The position numbers were made by a program, and so were the translations under genes. Source: Pseudomonadota bacterium (GTDB taxonomy: Bacteria; Bdellovibrionota; FAC87; UBA2466). From it: DNA of 64,000 nucleotides. Numbering within the stretch: position 1 is the first letter of the stretch; the number at the start of each line of letters is the position of its first letter. This document shows, one piece after another, positions 10,347-20,344 of this stretch. Where the stretch lies: NCBI GenBank assembly GCA_009927165.1, contig RFNO01000113.1, positions 25,152 through 89,151 on the forward strand. The letters are read 5' to 3'. The notes below the pieces were generated by a model. The model saw only the letters and a list, made by a program, of their open reading frames with translations, searched no databases and was not told the DNA's origin.

Positions 10347-10853
10347 TTAATCAAAACCGCCGCTCGCTTTATTAGGTTGGAGCAACTCCTCGGTGGGCAC
10401 CTTTCCTGCCCCTTGTCGTCGTTCAATCGCATCAAATTTTTCCCGGAGTTCGAGCAGCATTTTTTCTCTCTCTTTTTGATAACACTGCCGGAAAAGCCGA
10501 GCATCTTTATCGCGGTAGGAAGCACACTTTTGAAGCCACAAGTCACGTTGTTCGGAGTTGTAGTCTGGCTCAGGAGCGTATTCCCGACCTTTTCGAGAAA
10601 TGCCCGGAGGAATAGGGGTCGTTTCCTCTTTTTTGGGAAGGAAAAAATCATTATCCAAAGCTTTCACATTTCCTGGACTAAGGGAAGTCGATCCTCCCCA
10701 AGCGCCAGGGAATGGTGCATATATGCTGGCCCCCGGTTTATTGCCGCTCCCAGCCCCAGAGTTTCCCCCGGGTTCCGAGCTCCCTTCCGCAAGTACCGTC
10801 CCTGCCGCCCCAAGGAAGGCCAAAAAAAATAAATATTTTTGAAGCATAATCAT
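10347..10853 (-). CDS. Secreted hypothetical protein with a Gly/Ser-rich N-terminal region
   Basis: Signal peptide MIMLQKYLFFLAFLGAAGTVLA. No recognisable catalytic motif. Confidence 0.4.
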   Translation of the reverse strand: MIMLQKYLFFLAFLGAAGTVLAEGSSEPGGNSGAGSGNKPGASIYAPFPGAWGGSTSLSPGNVKALDNDFFLPKKEETTPIPPGISRKGREYAPEPDYNSEQRDLWLQKCASYRDKDARLFRQCYQKEREKMLLELREKFDAIERRQGAGKVPTEELLQPNKASGGFD

Positions 10854-11070
10854 CCTTCGCGTTTTGGTTCAAGTTGTTTGCCAAAACGACTCTTCAATTT
10901 CGGTGGGGCATTTCTTACTATTTTACCTGAAGCGGCGAATCACCGCTACTGCGACTTGTTTGAGCCTAACTTGACTGGCTAATTTTTAGTCATTTTTTTG
11001 TCTATCTACTGGCATTCTTTGCATTCTGGCCCCACAATAGAAATTATATTGATCCCAGGAGAGCTATCCC

Positions 11071-12138
11071 ATGAATCAATCTAATGAGAAACAACCCTTT
11101 AATCCTGTAGGTCTTTGCGGAATTGAGTTTATTGAATTTGCTTCTCCTTCTCCCCTCCCACTTGAAAAACTCTTCGTCAGTTTTGGTTTTGCGAAACTTA
11201 AACAGCATTCCTCTTTAAAAGTAGATTATTATCGCCAGCACGACATCCACTGGTTGTTGAACTATCAACCCAATAGTTTTGCCTCTCAATTTGCCCAACT
11301 GCACGGCCCTTCCATATGTTCTATGGGCTGGCGAGTAAAAAATGCAAAAGAAGCACTCAAAATTGCTTGTGAAAGAGGCGCTCGTGCATGTTCTCAATCC
11401 GACTATAGAGACAAACACGGGCATCCCGTACCAGCCATTTATGGGATTGGAGATAGCCTAATTTATTTCATAGACCATTTCAAAGAAGGCAAATGCTACG
11501 AGGAAATGGGCTTTGAGTCTGTAATTAAGGAAGAAGCTTCTTTTAAAACTAAAGGATTTGCCGTCATTGATCATTTAACGAACAACGTACCGAACGGCAC
11601 CATGAGTCAGTGGGCCGATTTCTATAAGAATATTTTTGGTTTTACAGAAGTGCGATACTTCGACATCAAAGGAAAAAAAACGGGACTAACTTCCTTCGCT
11701 TTACGTTCTCCCGATGGAAGCTTTTGTATTCCTATTAATGAAGCCAGTGATGAGAAATCTCAAATCAATGAATATTTGGTCGAGTACAAAGGAGCTGGCA
11801 TTCAACATGTGGCTCTTCTCACTCAAGACATTGTTCGGTCTTTACGAGAACTCAAAGCCGATAATGTCCAAATGTTAGAAGTAGAACCTGACTATTATCA
11901 AAAAGTTTTTAATCGGGTTCCCAATGTGACCGAAAACCATCAAACCCTGCAAGAGCTTGGAATATTGATCGATGGGGACGCAGAAGGCTATCTCCTGCAA
12001 ATTTTTACTCAGAATCTCATTGGCCCTATCTTTTTTGAAATTATTCAACGCAAGAACCACCTTTCCTTTGGGGAAGGTAATTTTGGAGCTCTTTTTAGGT
12101 CGATTGAACGAGACCAAGAGAAAAGAGGGGTTCTTTAA
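11071..12138 (+). CDS. hppD: 4-hydroxyphenylpyruvate dioxygenase
   Basis: Two VOC modules; C-terminal GAGIQHVAL...GNFGALFRSIE matches the HPPD signature. Confidence 0.85.
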   Translation: MNQSNEKQPFNPVGLCGIEFIEFASPSPLPLEKLFVSFGFAKLKQHSSLKVDYYRQHDIHWLLNYQPNSFASQFAQLHGPSICSMGWRVKNAKEALKIACERGARACSQSDYRDKHGHPVPAIYGIGDSLIYFIDHFKEGKCYEEMGFESVIKEEASFKTKGFAVIDHLTNNVPNGTMSQWADFYKNIFGFTEVRYFDIKGKKTGLTSFALRSPDGSFCIPINEASDEKSQINEYLVEYKGAGIQHVALLTQDIVRSLRELKADNVQMLEVEPDYYQKVFNRVPNVTENHQTLQELGILIDGDAEGYLLQIFTQNLIGPIFFEIIQRKNHLSFGEGNFGALFRSIERDQEKRGVL

Positions 12139-12318
12139 CCTTCCTCTCCTTCCCAAAAAGTCACCCATCTTGGCAAAAAGTGACGTTTTTTGGCAGTTTT
12201 TCACCTAAGACCAGCCTAAAAACCTATGAATTCCCATGGCATACAGGTTGCTGTGTTGGACTCTGTTGCGGTCTGGGCCACTTGTGCCTGAGTTGACCTC
12301 GATTTCAAGGAGCTAACC

Positions 12319-13155
12319 ATGGGCCGTCGGAAAAAAACAACGGAAGCAGAATTAGAGAACACACAAACTACTTTGAGTATTGAAGATTCAAACCGAGTTG
12401 AATCAGAAGAAGCTGAACTGATCGCTGAAACTGAAGCCGAAGAATCCCTGGAAATTGATAACGAACATGAAACTGAAACTAAAAAAACTAGCTCCAAAAG
12501 AACCAAAAAAGAAATTTCTGAAATAGATGAAGTCACTGCCGCAGTCGATGCCGCTGAAGCTTCTCAAGAAGCTCCATCGGAACATCAGGAGGAAGTGTCT
12601 CCTAAGCGTAAACCACGAAAACCTCGCGCTAAAAAGACCGATGCTGAAACCGCTGCTCCTCCCATAGTTATTTCGACTGAATCAGTAAACAATATAGCTC
12701 CGGTAATTCCGACTGCTCTGCCTTCCCCCCAACTCGATGACACTTTAAAACAGTGGAACGCAATCAAACAACTTTCTGAATCAGTTGCATTACTTCTTGA
12801 TAAGACTTCCCACTTAAAAAGTTCCAACGACTGTGAAATTAATACAGAACTCCTTCGTCCACAAACACCAAGCCAAAATCTCTTCATTTCTAAATTTGCA
12901 ACTGCGGCTAGCATTGTGGCTATTTTGCTGTCTTTGGTGAGCCTATCTCTTTCTCAATCGGCACGACATGCGGTGCTAGGAGTCATGGATCCGATTCAAC
13001 GATCTCAGTTCACAAACCACTCGAATTCAGCGCTGACTTACTCAGAATCAAAACGAATTAATAGGACAAACCAGTCTGAAAGCGCTAATTTTGAAAACTT
13101 ACGGGAAGCGCCTACATCAAGCTCAAAGAAACTGATGGGAACAAAACGTAAGTAA
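12319..13155 (+). CDS. Hypothetical protein with an acidic disordered N-terminus and a single C-proximal TM helix
   Basis: About 120 aa rich in E/T/S/K, then a hydrophobic segment FATAASIVAILLSLVSLSLS. The antisense ORFs on the minus strand here are shadows of this low-complexity coding. Confidence 0.4.
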   Translation: MGRRKKTTEAELENTQTTLSIEDSNRVESEEAELIAETEAEESLEIDNEHETETKKTSSKRTKKEISEIDEVTAAVDAAEASQEAPSEHQEEVSPKRKPRKPRAKKTDAETAAPPIVISTESVNNIAPVIPTALPSPQLDDTLKQWNAIKQLSESVALLLDKTSHLKSSNDCEINTELLRPQTPSQNLFISKFATAASIVAILLSLVSLSLSQSARHAVLGVMDPIQRSQFTNHSNSALTYSESKRINRTNQSESANFENLREAPTSSSKKLMGTKRK

Positions 13156-13164
13156 CTATCTCAC

Positions 13165-14400
13165 TCAATAAAAGACTATTTCTTTTTTCCAATTGGCCCG
13201 AACTTCACCCACAAGATACAAGCTTCCAGTGACCAACAAGACATCATCGGGATTCATCTTCTGTAGCATTACTTGAACGGCCTTTTGAGGATCGGCCTCA
13301 AAACGAGCCAAAGTCTCATAATCTCCAGCATACTCCCCTCTAGCACGCGAACACTTCGTAAGAGTGATTTCTTTGCAAAACGGTTGAATCATTTTCAACA
13401 TTTCTGACGCATTTTTGTCGGGGCTAAATCCACAAATGCAATAAAGCTCCTGGGCTTTCAATTCTTTGAGAACGTTAGTCAAAGTTTTCATCCCAGCCAA
13501 ATTATGATCTCCCGAAAGAATAACTTTCGGATGTTCCGACACAATCTCGAAGCGACCAGGATGATTCAGCGAGCTGAATGTTTTTTTTAGAACAGTGGTA
13601 TCAATTTCAGGGAAGTTTTCTTTTAGGAACAAGTAAACGAGAGCTGCATTTTTAAGCGCGCCAGAGCTGGGATTTCTCAAGAAAACTTCTTGTCCATCAA
13701 GTTCAACCCATTGTCCATTCCAGGACTTTTCTTTCACATGTTGAGCAACTTGGGTACTTTTGTGAACCGCTATTTTTCGCGGTTCGCAAAACTCTTGAAG
13801 CTGCTTTAGGAGCTCTGGTTGCTCAATTCCCGTTGTTACAGAAACCCTCTCCCGCAATATACCCATTTTCTCACTGAGAATTTTCTCTAAGCTATTACCG
13901 AGATAATCCATGTGATCCCAATCAATATTGGTAATCACTGTTCCCAAGGGATTCGTAACATTCGTCGCATCCAATCTTCCCCCCAACCCAACTTCAATCA
14001 CTGCAAAGTCAGGAGAATTCTGAGCACAATCTAAAAAGAAAACGAGAGTAAGAAACTCAAAGTAGCTCAATTGGTGTTTTTCTGCGAACGGCCAAGCCGC
14101 CTCACAGAGCTTATCGAAGCGCTCTAAAGACCAAGGGACCAATTGTTCAAGAAATCTTTCGGTAAGCAGTTGAAGATGCGGCGAAAGATATGTCGCTACT
14201 CGGTAGCCCTGTAACTGAAGAGCTCGGCTCACTAATAGCGTAGTAGTTCCCTTACCATTCGTGCCCGCAATCACGATAGACTTGAGTCCTGCTTGCGGAT
14301 TTCCCGCGTCTTTTAATGCTTCTTGAAAACGGTCCAAGGAATAATGGATACGTTTTTCTCCTCCTAATTTCTCTAATTTTGTTCTCCAGGAACCTGTCAT
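13165..14400 (-). CDS. folC: Bifunctional folylpolyglutamate synthase / dihydrofolate synthase
   Basis: Mur-ligase P-loop (AGTNGKGTTT) and a FolC-like N-terminus; 411 aa. Confidence 0.85.
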   Translation of the reverse strand: MTGSWRTKLEKLGGEKRIHYSLDRFQEALKDAGNPQAGLKSIVIAGTNGKGTTTLLVSRALQLQGYRVATYLSPHLQLLTERFLEQLVPWSLERFDKLCEAAWPFAEKHQLSYFEFLTLVFFLDCAQNSPDFAVIEVGLGGRLDATNVTNPLGTVITNIDWDHMDYLGNSLEKILSEKMGILRERVSVTTGIEQPELLKQLQEFCEPRKIAVHKSTQVAQHVKEKSWNGQWVELDGQEVFLRNPSSGALKNAALVYLFLKENFPEIDTTVLKKTFSSLNHPGRFEIVSEHPKVILSGDHNLAGMKTLTNVLKELKAQELYCICGFSPDKNASEMLKMIQPFCKEITLTKCSRARGEYAGDYETLARFEADPQKAVQVMLQKMNPDDVLLVTGSLYLVGEVRANWKKEIVFY

Positions 14401-14655
14401 CTTTTAACTAAACCCCGTGTACACAATCGATACAGTTCGAGTCTTTTAATTTCAAGCACTTGCACAAACCGTCTAAAAAACTTTCGGCGAAGTTAGTCGA
14501 GTGTAAACGAGCAGACCACTTGTAAATAAGTATGCAAGCGCCTGAAATTACAATGTTTTCTTTCAGCATCCACTCGTTGGTTTTTGGCAGACCAGTTGCA
14601 TTCTCTCAGAATCATAACGGGGTAATAACTTGTTTAACCTAACTAGGGGGAAGCC

Positions 14656-15519
14656 GTGACAATCGCATCTAACATTTATAATTTTTCGGACTACCGAGAC
14701 TTTCTTAAAGATCGATACAGACAACTTAAGGAAGCAGATCCAGTATTTTCCTTTAGAAACTTCTCTAAAGCTGCGGGCTTTGGTTCACCCAACTACTTGA
14801 AGTTGGTAATGGACGGTAAACGAAATTTGAGCGCAGATGCCATCGGTAAATTCGCCAAAGGACTTCGATTAGATAACCATGAAACAGAATTTTTCCGTTA
14901 CATGGTAGACCATAATCAATGTGAACACCTCCCTCGTAAAAAAGTCTATGAAGCTAAACTGATGTACTTACGAGAACTGTTCAAAGTAAAAACTTTGATT
15001 CCAGAACTCTATGATTATTATCACCAGTGGTATCACTCAGCTATTCGTGAAATGGTCAAAAAAGGCCGCATCAAGAATGAAGCTGCAACTATCGCTCAAA
15101 GCTTAGTACCTGCAATTTCTGAAGAAGAAGCAAAAGGATCAATTTCGCTTCTTTTAAAATTAAAGTTCATCAGCTGCACAGGAGAGTGGCTAGAAGCAGT
15201 AGAAACAGCCGAAATAGACACTCAAACAGCAGCGATGGGCCAAAAAATTCATTACGAACAAATGGCTGAACTGGCTGCACAGTCACTCTATACTCAAGGT
15301 CCAGAAACACAAGACTTTGAAAGTATGACTCTGACTTTGCCGATGGATAAAGTTGCTGAAGTTCGTCGCCAAATTCAAGAGCTCCTCTTAGGGGTAGCTA
15401 GCAATCAAACTCATAACCCCACTGATTCTGTTTATCAGTTGAACATCCAATTCTTTGCGATGACTCGGCCAGTGGAAACAGGAACAACCAAGCAGAAAGA
15501 AGGGGAAGAAGCAGCTTAA
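14656..15519 (+). CDS. Conserved hypothetical protein (possibly the TIGR02147-type paralogous family)
   Basis: 287 aa, GTG start, no identifiable motifs. The N-terminal region DYRDFLKDRYRQLK...FSFRNFSKAAGF resembles that family, recalled from memory and unverified. Confidence 0.35.
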   Translation: MTIASNIYNFSDYRDFLKDRYRQLKEADPVFSFRNFSKAAGFGSPNYLKLVMDGKRNLSADAIGKFAKGLRLDNHETEFFRYMVDHNQCEHLPRKKVYEAKLMYLRELFKVKTLIPELYDYYHQWYHSAIREMVKKGRIKNEAATIAQSLVPAISEEEAKGSISLLLKLKFISCTGEWLEAVETAEIDTQTAAMGQKIHYEQMAELAAQSLYTQGPETQDFESMTLTLPMDKVAEVRRQIQELLLGVASNQTHNPTDSVYQLNIQFFAMTRPVETGTTKQKEGEEAA

Positions 15520-15543
15520 TAGTTTAACTCCAAACTCCTAAAG

Positions 15544-15594
15544 CCTCTGAGGATGGTAGAGTGATTTCACTCTCCGAACTCAGAGGTTTTTTTT
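15544..15594 (+). terminator. Rho-independent terminator
   Basis: 8-bp stem CCTCTGAG/CTCAGAGG with an inner GAGTGA/TCACTC helix, followed by eight T, 25 nt after the upstream stop. Confidence 0.6.
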
Positions 15595-16196
15595 AGAAGA
15601 CACTTAAAGTATCGGGAGAAGCAGCCGTAGTTTGGGCCCCTAAAAAGGGTCCTATTTGATACAAGCGGGCAGTAGTGGGTGACTTCCTCTTTTTTCTTTT
15701 GCTAAGGACCACCCGCTGAAGTGAAGACTTGTTTCGCAAATGATAATTTCTAGCTTCTTTGATGGGCCGAACAGCACCCACACAAAATCCACATTGAGAA
15801 ACTATGATAAATAAACCCATAAATCCAAACACTGAGCTCAAATCATTCTCCCAGTTTTTTATATTTTTACTGATCGTTTGAAACGAAGAACCTTTACATA
15901 CTTTTGATATCGAAGAGCCGTTTCTCAATGGCTTCGATTGCTTTTTTACGAAGGTCGTATTGGCAAACAAGACGGAATAAAGTCGCGATATCTTCGTCGC
16001 GGCAGAGCTCTTTGACTGACAATTTTTCTGATTTTTTTGATTGGATAGAAACTACGTTTTTTTGTTCGACTGAAGTTACGTTTTCTAACATTAACACCCC
16101 CAACAAAAAGTTAATGAAACAGACCGTAAACCCAAATTTTCCCGAAACCCAATTGACTAGGTGCGTTATGATGCCACAACTTGTTTTGGATAGCAA
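15593..16196 (-). other. Two overlapping small minus-strand ORFs (100 aa and 125 aa, different frames) in an otherwise gene-free 760-nt gap. Possibly a frameshifted or decayed gene, or spurious.
   Basis: ORF track only. The 100-aa ORF ends with a plausible helical segment (ELCRDEDIATLFRLVCQYDLRKKAIEAIEKRL); the 125-aa ORF has one hydrophobic segment. No recognisable domain. Confidence 0.15.
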
Positions 16197-16283
16197 TAAC
16201 TTTTTTATAAGTTATTGTTTTTATTGACTTTAAATCTTGTTCGGGCTAGAAACAAAATCAGCATCTAACCAGTCGAAATTACT

Positions 16284-17444
16284 ATGAAACATCCTGTATT
16301 TGAAAAACTAAGAATCTTTGCTCCCGGCCCGACTCCAGTACCAGAAGCCGTTCTGTTAGAAATGGGAAAGCCCACCCTCCATCACCGCACCAAAGAGTTT
16401 ATAGCCATCCTAGAACGCGTTCGAAAAGGCCTTCAATTCGTTTTTCAAACCTCTCAACCCACCTATGTTTTTGCAGCTTCGGGCAGTGGGGCTATGGAAG
16501 CCACCGTAGTAAACTGTTTGGCTCAACAAGATGAAGTCCTCGTGATTGATGCGGGCAAATTTGGAGAACGTTGGACTAAGCTTGCTACCGCTTACGGCTT
16601 AAAACCTCATGTGGTTAAAGTAGAATGGGGGAAAGCCGTGGATCCTTCCGAAGTTGAAAAAGTGCTCAAAGCAAACCCCAATACCAAAGCAGTGCTTTTC
16701 CAAGCTTCTGAAACCTCAACAGGGGTCTTTCATCCGGTAAAAGAGATTGCGGCTGTGGTCAAAAAGCACAGTGACGCGCTTATCGTAGTGGATGCGATTA
16801 CTGCTTTGGGTGTTTGCAATCTTCCCATGGATGAATGGGGACTCGACGCCGTAGTGAGCGGCAGTCAAAAAGCTTTTATGCTACCTCCAGGTCTGGCTTT
16901 CCTTGCTCTTTCTCCCAAAGCTCAAGAGAGCAGGAAACGCGCTAACATTCCTAATTTTTATTTCAGTCTGAAAGCAGAAGACAAAGCTGCCCTGAATGGA
17001 GAAACTGCCTGGACTCCGGCAGTGAGTTTGATTTGCGGATTAGACCTTGTCCTCAAACACATGCAAGTTGCTGGTCTGAGCAAGATATTCGATTACCATC
17101 AGCGCTTAGCTAACGCCACACGCAAGGGAGTCGAAGCAATGGGACTCGAGCTTTTTGCAAAATCTGATGCTGGCGATTCCGTTACCTCGGTATGGGTTCC
17201 CCCTACAATTCCAGACGGAAAAAAAATTGTTTCTCATTTGAGAGACCAGTTTGGAATTACCATTGCGGGTGGCCAAGATCAGTACAAGGGAAAGATTTTC
17301 CGCTTAGCTCATTTGGGGTGGTTTGATGAACTGGACATGCTCTCAGTACTGGGCGCGCTCGAAATTACCCTAACCAAATTAGGACACAAATTGGAACTCG
17401 GGAAGGGCGTGGGAAGAGCAGCCCAATCATTTTTAGAGGATTAA
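16284..17444 (+). CDS. serC: Class-V aminotransferase, probably phosphoserine aminotransferase of the AGAT/SerC type
   Basis: 386 aa PLP-dependent fold (class V pattern), immediately upstream of serA with a 4-nt gap. Confidence 0.65.
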   Translation: MKHPVFEKLRIFAPGPTPVPEAVLLEMGKPTLHHRTKEFIAILERVRKGLQFVFQTSQPTYVFAASGSGAMEATVVNCLAQQDEVLVIDAGKFGERWTKLATAYGLKPHVVKVEWGKAVDPSEVEKVLKANPNTKAVLFQASETSTGVFHPVKEIAAVVKKHSDALIVVDAITALGVCNLPMDEWGLDAVVSGSQKAFMLPPGLAFLALSPKAQESRKRANIPNFYFSLKAEDKAALNGETAWTPAVSLICGLDLVLKHMQVAGLSKIFDYHQRLANATRKGVEAMGLELFAKSDAGDSVTSVWVPPTIPDGKKIVSHLRDQFGITIAGGQDQYKGKIFRLAHLGWFDELDMLSVLGALEITLTKLGHKLELGKGVGRAAQSFLED

Positions 17445-17448
17445 ATCA

Positions 17449-19044
17449 ATGGCATCTCCACTCAAAGTCGTTATTGCCGATGGTTTAGCTGAGGAAGGGA
17501 TTGTTGCTCTTAAAAAGCTTTCACAAATAACCCTTGAAACACACTCTGCTTTGGATCGTGCAGCGCTAAAAGAACAAATAAATAACATTGATATTCTCAT
17601 AGTCCGTTCCCGCACCAAAATCGATAAGGACTTACTTCAACATGCTGACCAACTAAAAATAGTCCTACGCGCCGGAATCGGGTTAGATAACGTTGATGTA
17701 CCCGCCGCAACCGATAAAGGCATTATTGTAATGAATGCCCCTACTGGAAATATTGTGACTACAGCGGAACATGCTTTAGCGCTCCTCTTTGCAGTTACCC
17801 GAAACATTCCACAAGCAGACTCTTCATTACGTGCTGGAAAATGGGAAAAGAAACTGTTTCAAGGAAATGAGCTGAGAGGAAAAACACTGGGTCTTTTAGG
17901 ACTGGGTAATATCGGCAAAGTGGTGGCTTCGCGAGCTCAAGGCATTGAAATGAAAGTCTGTGCTCACGATCCCTACATTAGTGCTGAATCCGCCGCAAAA
18001 TTGAATATCGAGCTCAAATCATTTGATGAACTCTTAGAAATCTCTGATTACCTCAGCATTCACGTTCCCCTCACTTCTTCCACCAAACATTTGATCAATG
18101 AAAAAGCTTTCAAGAAAATGAAAAAGGGAGCGTATCTTATTAACTGCGCTCGTGGCGGCATTGTCGATGAAAAAGCAATGCTTGATGCACTGGATGAAGG
18201 AATTCTTTCGGGAGCTGCTTTAGATGTTTTTGAGCAGGAACCTTTAGAAGCTAACTCCCCGCTCCTGAAACGTAATGATTTAGTGATGACCCCCCATTTA
18301 GGCGCAAGCACTGATGAAGCCCAAGTCCAAGTGGGCTTGGAATCTGCGGAACAAATTGCACTCTACGTAAAAGAAGGCGTTCTTAAGAATGCTGTGAATG
18401 TGCCTAGTATTTCTCTCGATCAACTCAGTGTCCTTAAGCCTCACCTTTTTCTAGCTGAGCGGCTGGGAGGTTTTTTAGCGCAAGTTTCCCAATTAAAAAC
18501 GATTGATAAATTGCGAGTGCATTTCTCCGGTTCTGTAACTCAGTACAATCGAGAAGTGCTTACTTTGTCAGTGTTGAAGGGGTTTTTAAGTCCCCTGCTC
18601 TCAACGCCTGTTAATTTTGTAAATGCTAGAAAACTCCTGAAAGAAAGAGGTATTCGGGTAGAAGAATCTTTTGAAGCCGAATGCCGAGACTACAATAGCT
18701 TGATTGAAATATCTGTAGAAGGCGATCACAAAATGAAAGTAGCGGGGACTTTGTTTGGCAAAGAGGAACCACGAATCGTTCGCATTGACCATTTCAATAT
18801 CGATGCGATTCCAGAAGGTCACCTTCTCTACACGCGAAATGTTGACCAGCCAGGTGTGATTGGTTCCCTAGGGACGGTTCTGGGTGGTCAAAGTATCAAC
18901 ATTGCAAGGATGCACTTAGGTCGAGATCCCAAAAAAAAGGAAGCGATAGCGCTAATCAATATCGACTCTGAACCGTCGGAGAAAACTTTAGAATTACTCA
19001 AAGCTATTAAGGGCATGTTAGTAGTCAGGCCCGTCTATTTATAA
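17449..19044 (+). CDS. serA: D-3-phosphoglycerate dehydrogenase (long form with ASB/ACT domains)
   Basis: Rossmann motif GLLGLGNIGK and the 2-hydroxyacid dehydrogenase signatures; 531 aa with a C-terminal regulatory extension. Confidence 0.9.
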   Translation: MASPLKVVIADGLAEEGIVALKKLSQITLETHSALDRAALKEQINNIDILIVRSRTKIDKDLLQHADQLKIVLRAGIGLDNVDVPAATDKGIIVMNAPTGNIVTTAEHALALLFAVTRNIPQADSSLRAGKWEKKLFQGNELRGKTLGLLGLGNIGKVVASRAQGIEMKVCAHDPYISAESAAKLNIELKSFDELLEISDYLSIHVPLTSSTKHLINEKAFKKMKKGAYLINCARGGIVDEKAMLDALDEGILSGAALDVFEQEPLEANSPLLKRNDLVMTPHLGASTDEAQVQVGLESAEQIALYVKEGVLKNAVNVPSISLDQLSVLKPHLFLAERLGGFLAQVSQLKTIDKLRVHFSGSVTQYNREVLTLSVLKGFLSPLLSTPVNFVNARKLLKERGIRVEESFEAECRDYNSLIEISVEGDHKMKVAGTLFGKEEPRIVRIDHFNIDAIPEGHLLYTRNVDQPGVIGSLGTVLGGQSINIARMHLGRDPKKKEAIALINIDSEPSEKTLELLKAIKGMLVVRPVYL

Positions 19045-19054
19045 GGAATAAAAA

Positions 19055-20344
19055 ATGCCACAAGCAGTCGTTATTATCGGTGTCCAATGGGGAGACGAAG
19101 GAAAAGGTAAAATTGTTGATTACTACTCTTCAGCAGCGGACGTTGTTGCTCGATTCCAAGGTGGGAACAATGCGGGCCACACTCTAGTTGTTGAAGGAAA
19201 ACAGACGATTCTACATTTGATTCCGTCGGGGATCCTACACCCCCACACTCGATGTGCTATTGGCTCAGGAGTCGTAGTCGATCCTGAAAACTTGCTTAAA
19301 GAAGTTGAAGTCTTAAGAAAAGCAGGCGTTCCAGACTTAGAAAATAGAATTTGGTTGTCAGACCGTTCGCATCTCATTGTGGATTACCATAAACACTTAG
19401 ATGCTGCTCGAGAAAACCGAAAGGGTGGAAAAATAGGAACTACTAAAAGAGGAATCGGTCCTGCTTACGAAGATCGAGCAGCACGTCGTGGACTTCGAGT
19501 ATCTGATCTCTATCATGAAAAATTATTTGAAGAACGGCTCAAGAACAATCTTGAAGAGAAAAACTTTTTGCTGGAAAAATATTATGGAGTTCCACCAGTC
19601 AATATGGAACAGTTCCAAGCAAAGTATCGAGATATTGGCGCCAAATTAAAACCTTTTGTAAAAGACGTATCCCGTTTGATGGCCGAATCCATCTCTGCTG
19701 GAGAGAAAATTCTTTATGAAGGAGCTCAAGGAGTGCTTTTGGATATGGACTACGGAACTTATCCCTACGTGACTTCATCACACACTCTTCCCTCCCAAGC
19801 TGCTCTGGGGTTGGGCGCAAGAGTTCCGGTAGATACCCTGTTTGTTGGAGTGATTAAAGCTTATTCTACTCGAGTGGGCGAAGGACCTTTCCCCACTGAA
19901 CTCTCCGATGCGATGGGGAACCGCTTACGAGAGACTGGTCATGAGTTTGGTGCAACTACTGGCAGACCTCGACGATGTGGATGGCTAGACTTAGTGGCAG
20001 TTAAATATGCCCTAAGAGTGTCTGGAATAAAAAATTTGGCCATTACCAAATCGGATGTTCTTTCTGGAATTGAACAATTAAAAGTCTGCACGGCTTATGA
20101 ATTAGATGGAAAAATTATCGATACCTTTCCGGCTGATACCGACTCTCTTAATCGAGTAAAGCCGATTTATGAAACTTTGCCGGGCTGGAAGGAACCCCTT
20201 ACGGAAGTGAGAAAATATGAAGAGCTTCCTTCAACTTTTAAGGATTATCTGAAGTTCATTGAGCAATTCACGAATAGTCGCATCAACTTGCTGTCGACGG
20301 GCGCCGGACGCGAGCAAGTGATTGATCTTCAAAAAGCGTTTTAA
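19055..20344 (+). CDS. purA: Adenylosuccinate synthetase
   Basis: N-terminal QWGDEGKGKIVD P-loop and GNNAGHT motif; 429 aa. Confidence 0.9.
   Translation: MPQAVVIIGVQWGDEGKGKIVDYYSSAADVVARFQGGNNAGHTLVVEGKQTILHLIPSGILHPHTRCAIGSGVVVDPENLLKEVEVLRKAGVPDLENRIWLSDRSHLIVDYHKHLDAARENRKGGKIGTTKRGIGPAYEDRAARRGLRVSDLYHEKLFEERLKNNLEEKNFLLEKYYGVPPVNMEQFQAKYRDIGAKLKPFVKDVSRLMAESISAGEKILYEGAQGVLLDMDYGTYPYVTSSHTLPSQAALGLGARVPVDTLFVGVIKAYSTRVGEGPFPTELSDAMGNRLRETGHEFGATTGRPRRCGWLDLVAVKYALRVSGIKNLAITKSDVLSGIEQLKVCTAYELDGKIIDTFPADTDSLNRVKPIYETLPGWKEPLTEVRKYEELPSTFKDYLKFIEQFTNSRINLLSTGAGREQVIDLQKAF

Noticed and set aside
12140-12215. Short hairpin (GTCAC…GTGAC) plus T-run after hppD
   Set aside because: Only a 5-bp stem with a long loop. 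Too weak to call confidently.
12216-12914. Three minus-strand ORFs (106, 60 and 109 aa), Ser/Phe-rich
   Set aside because: They are antisense to the low-complexity acidic N-terminus of the 12319-13155 gene. Compositional shadow ORFs.
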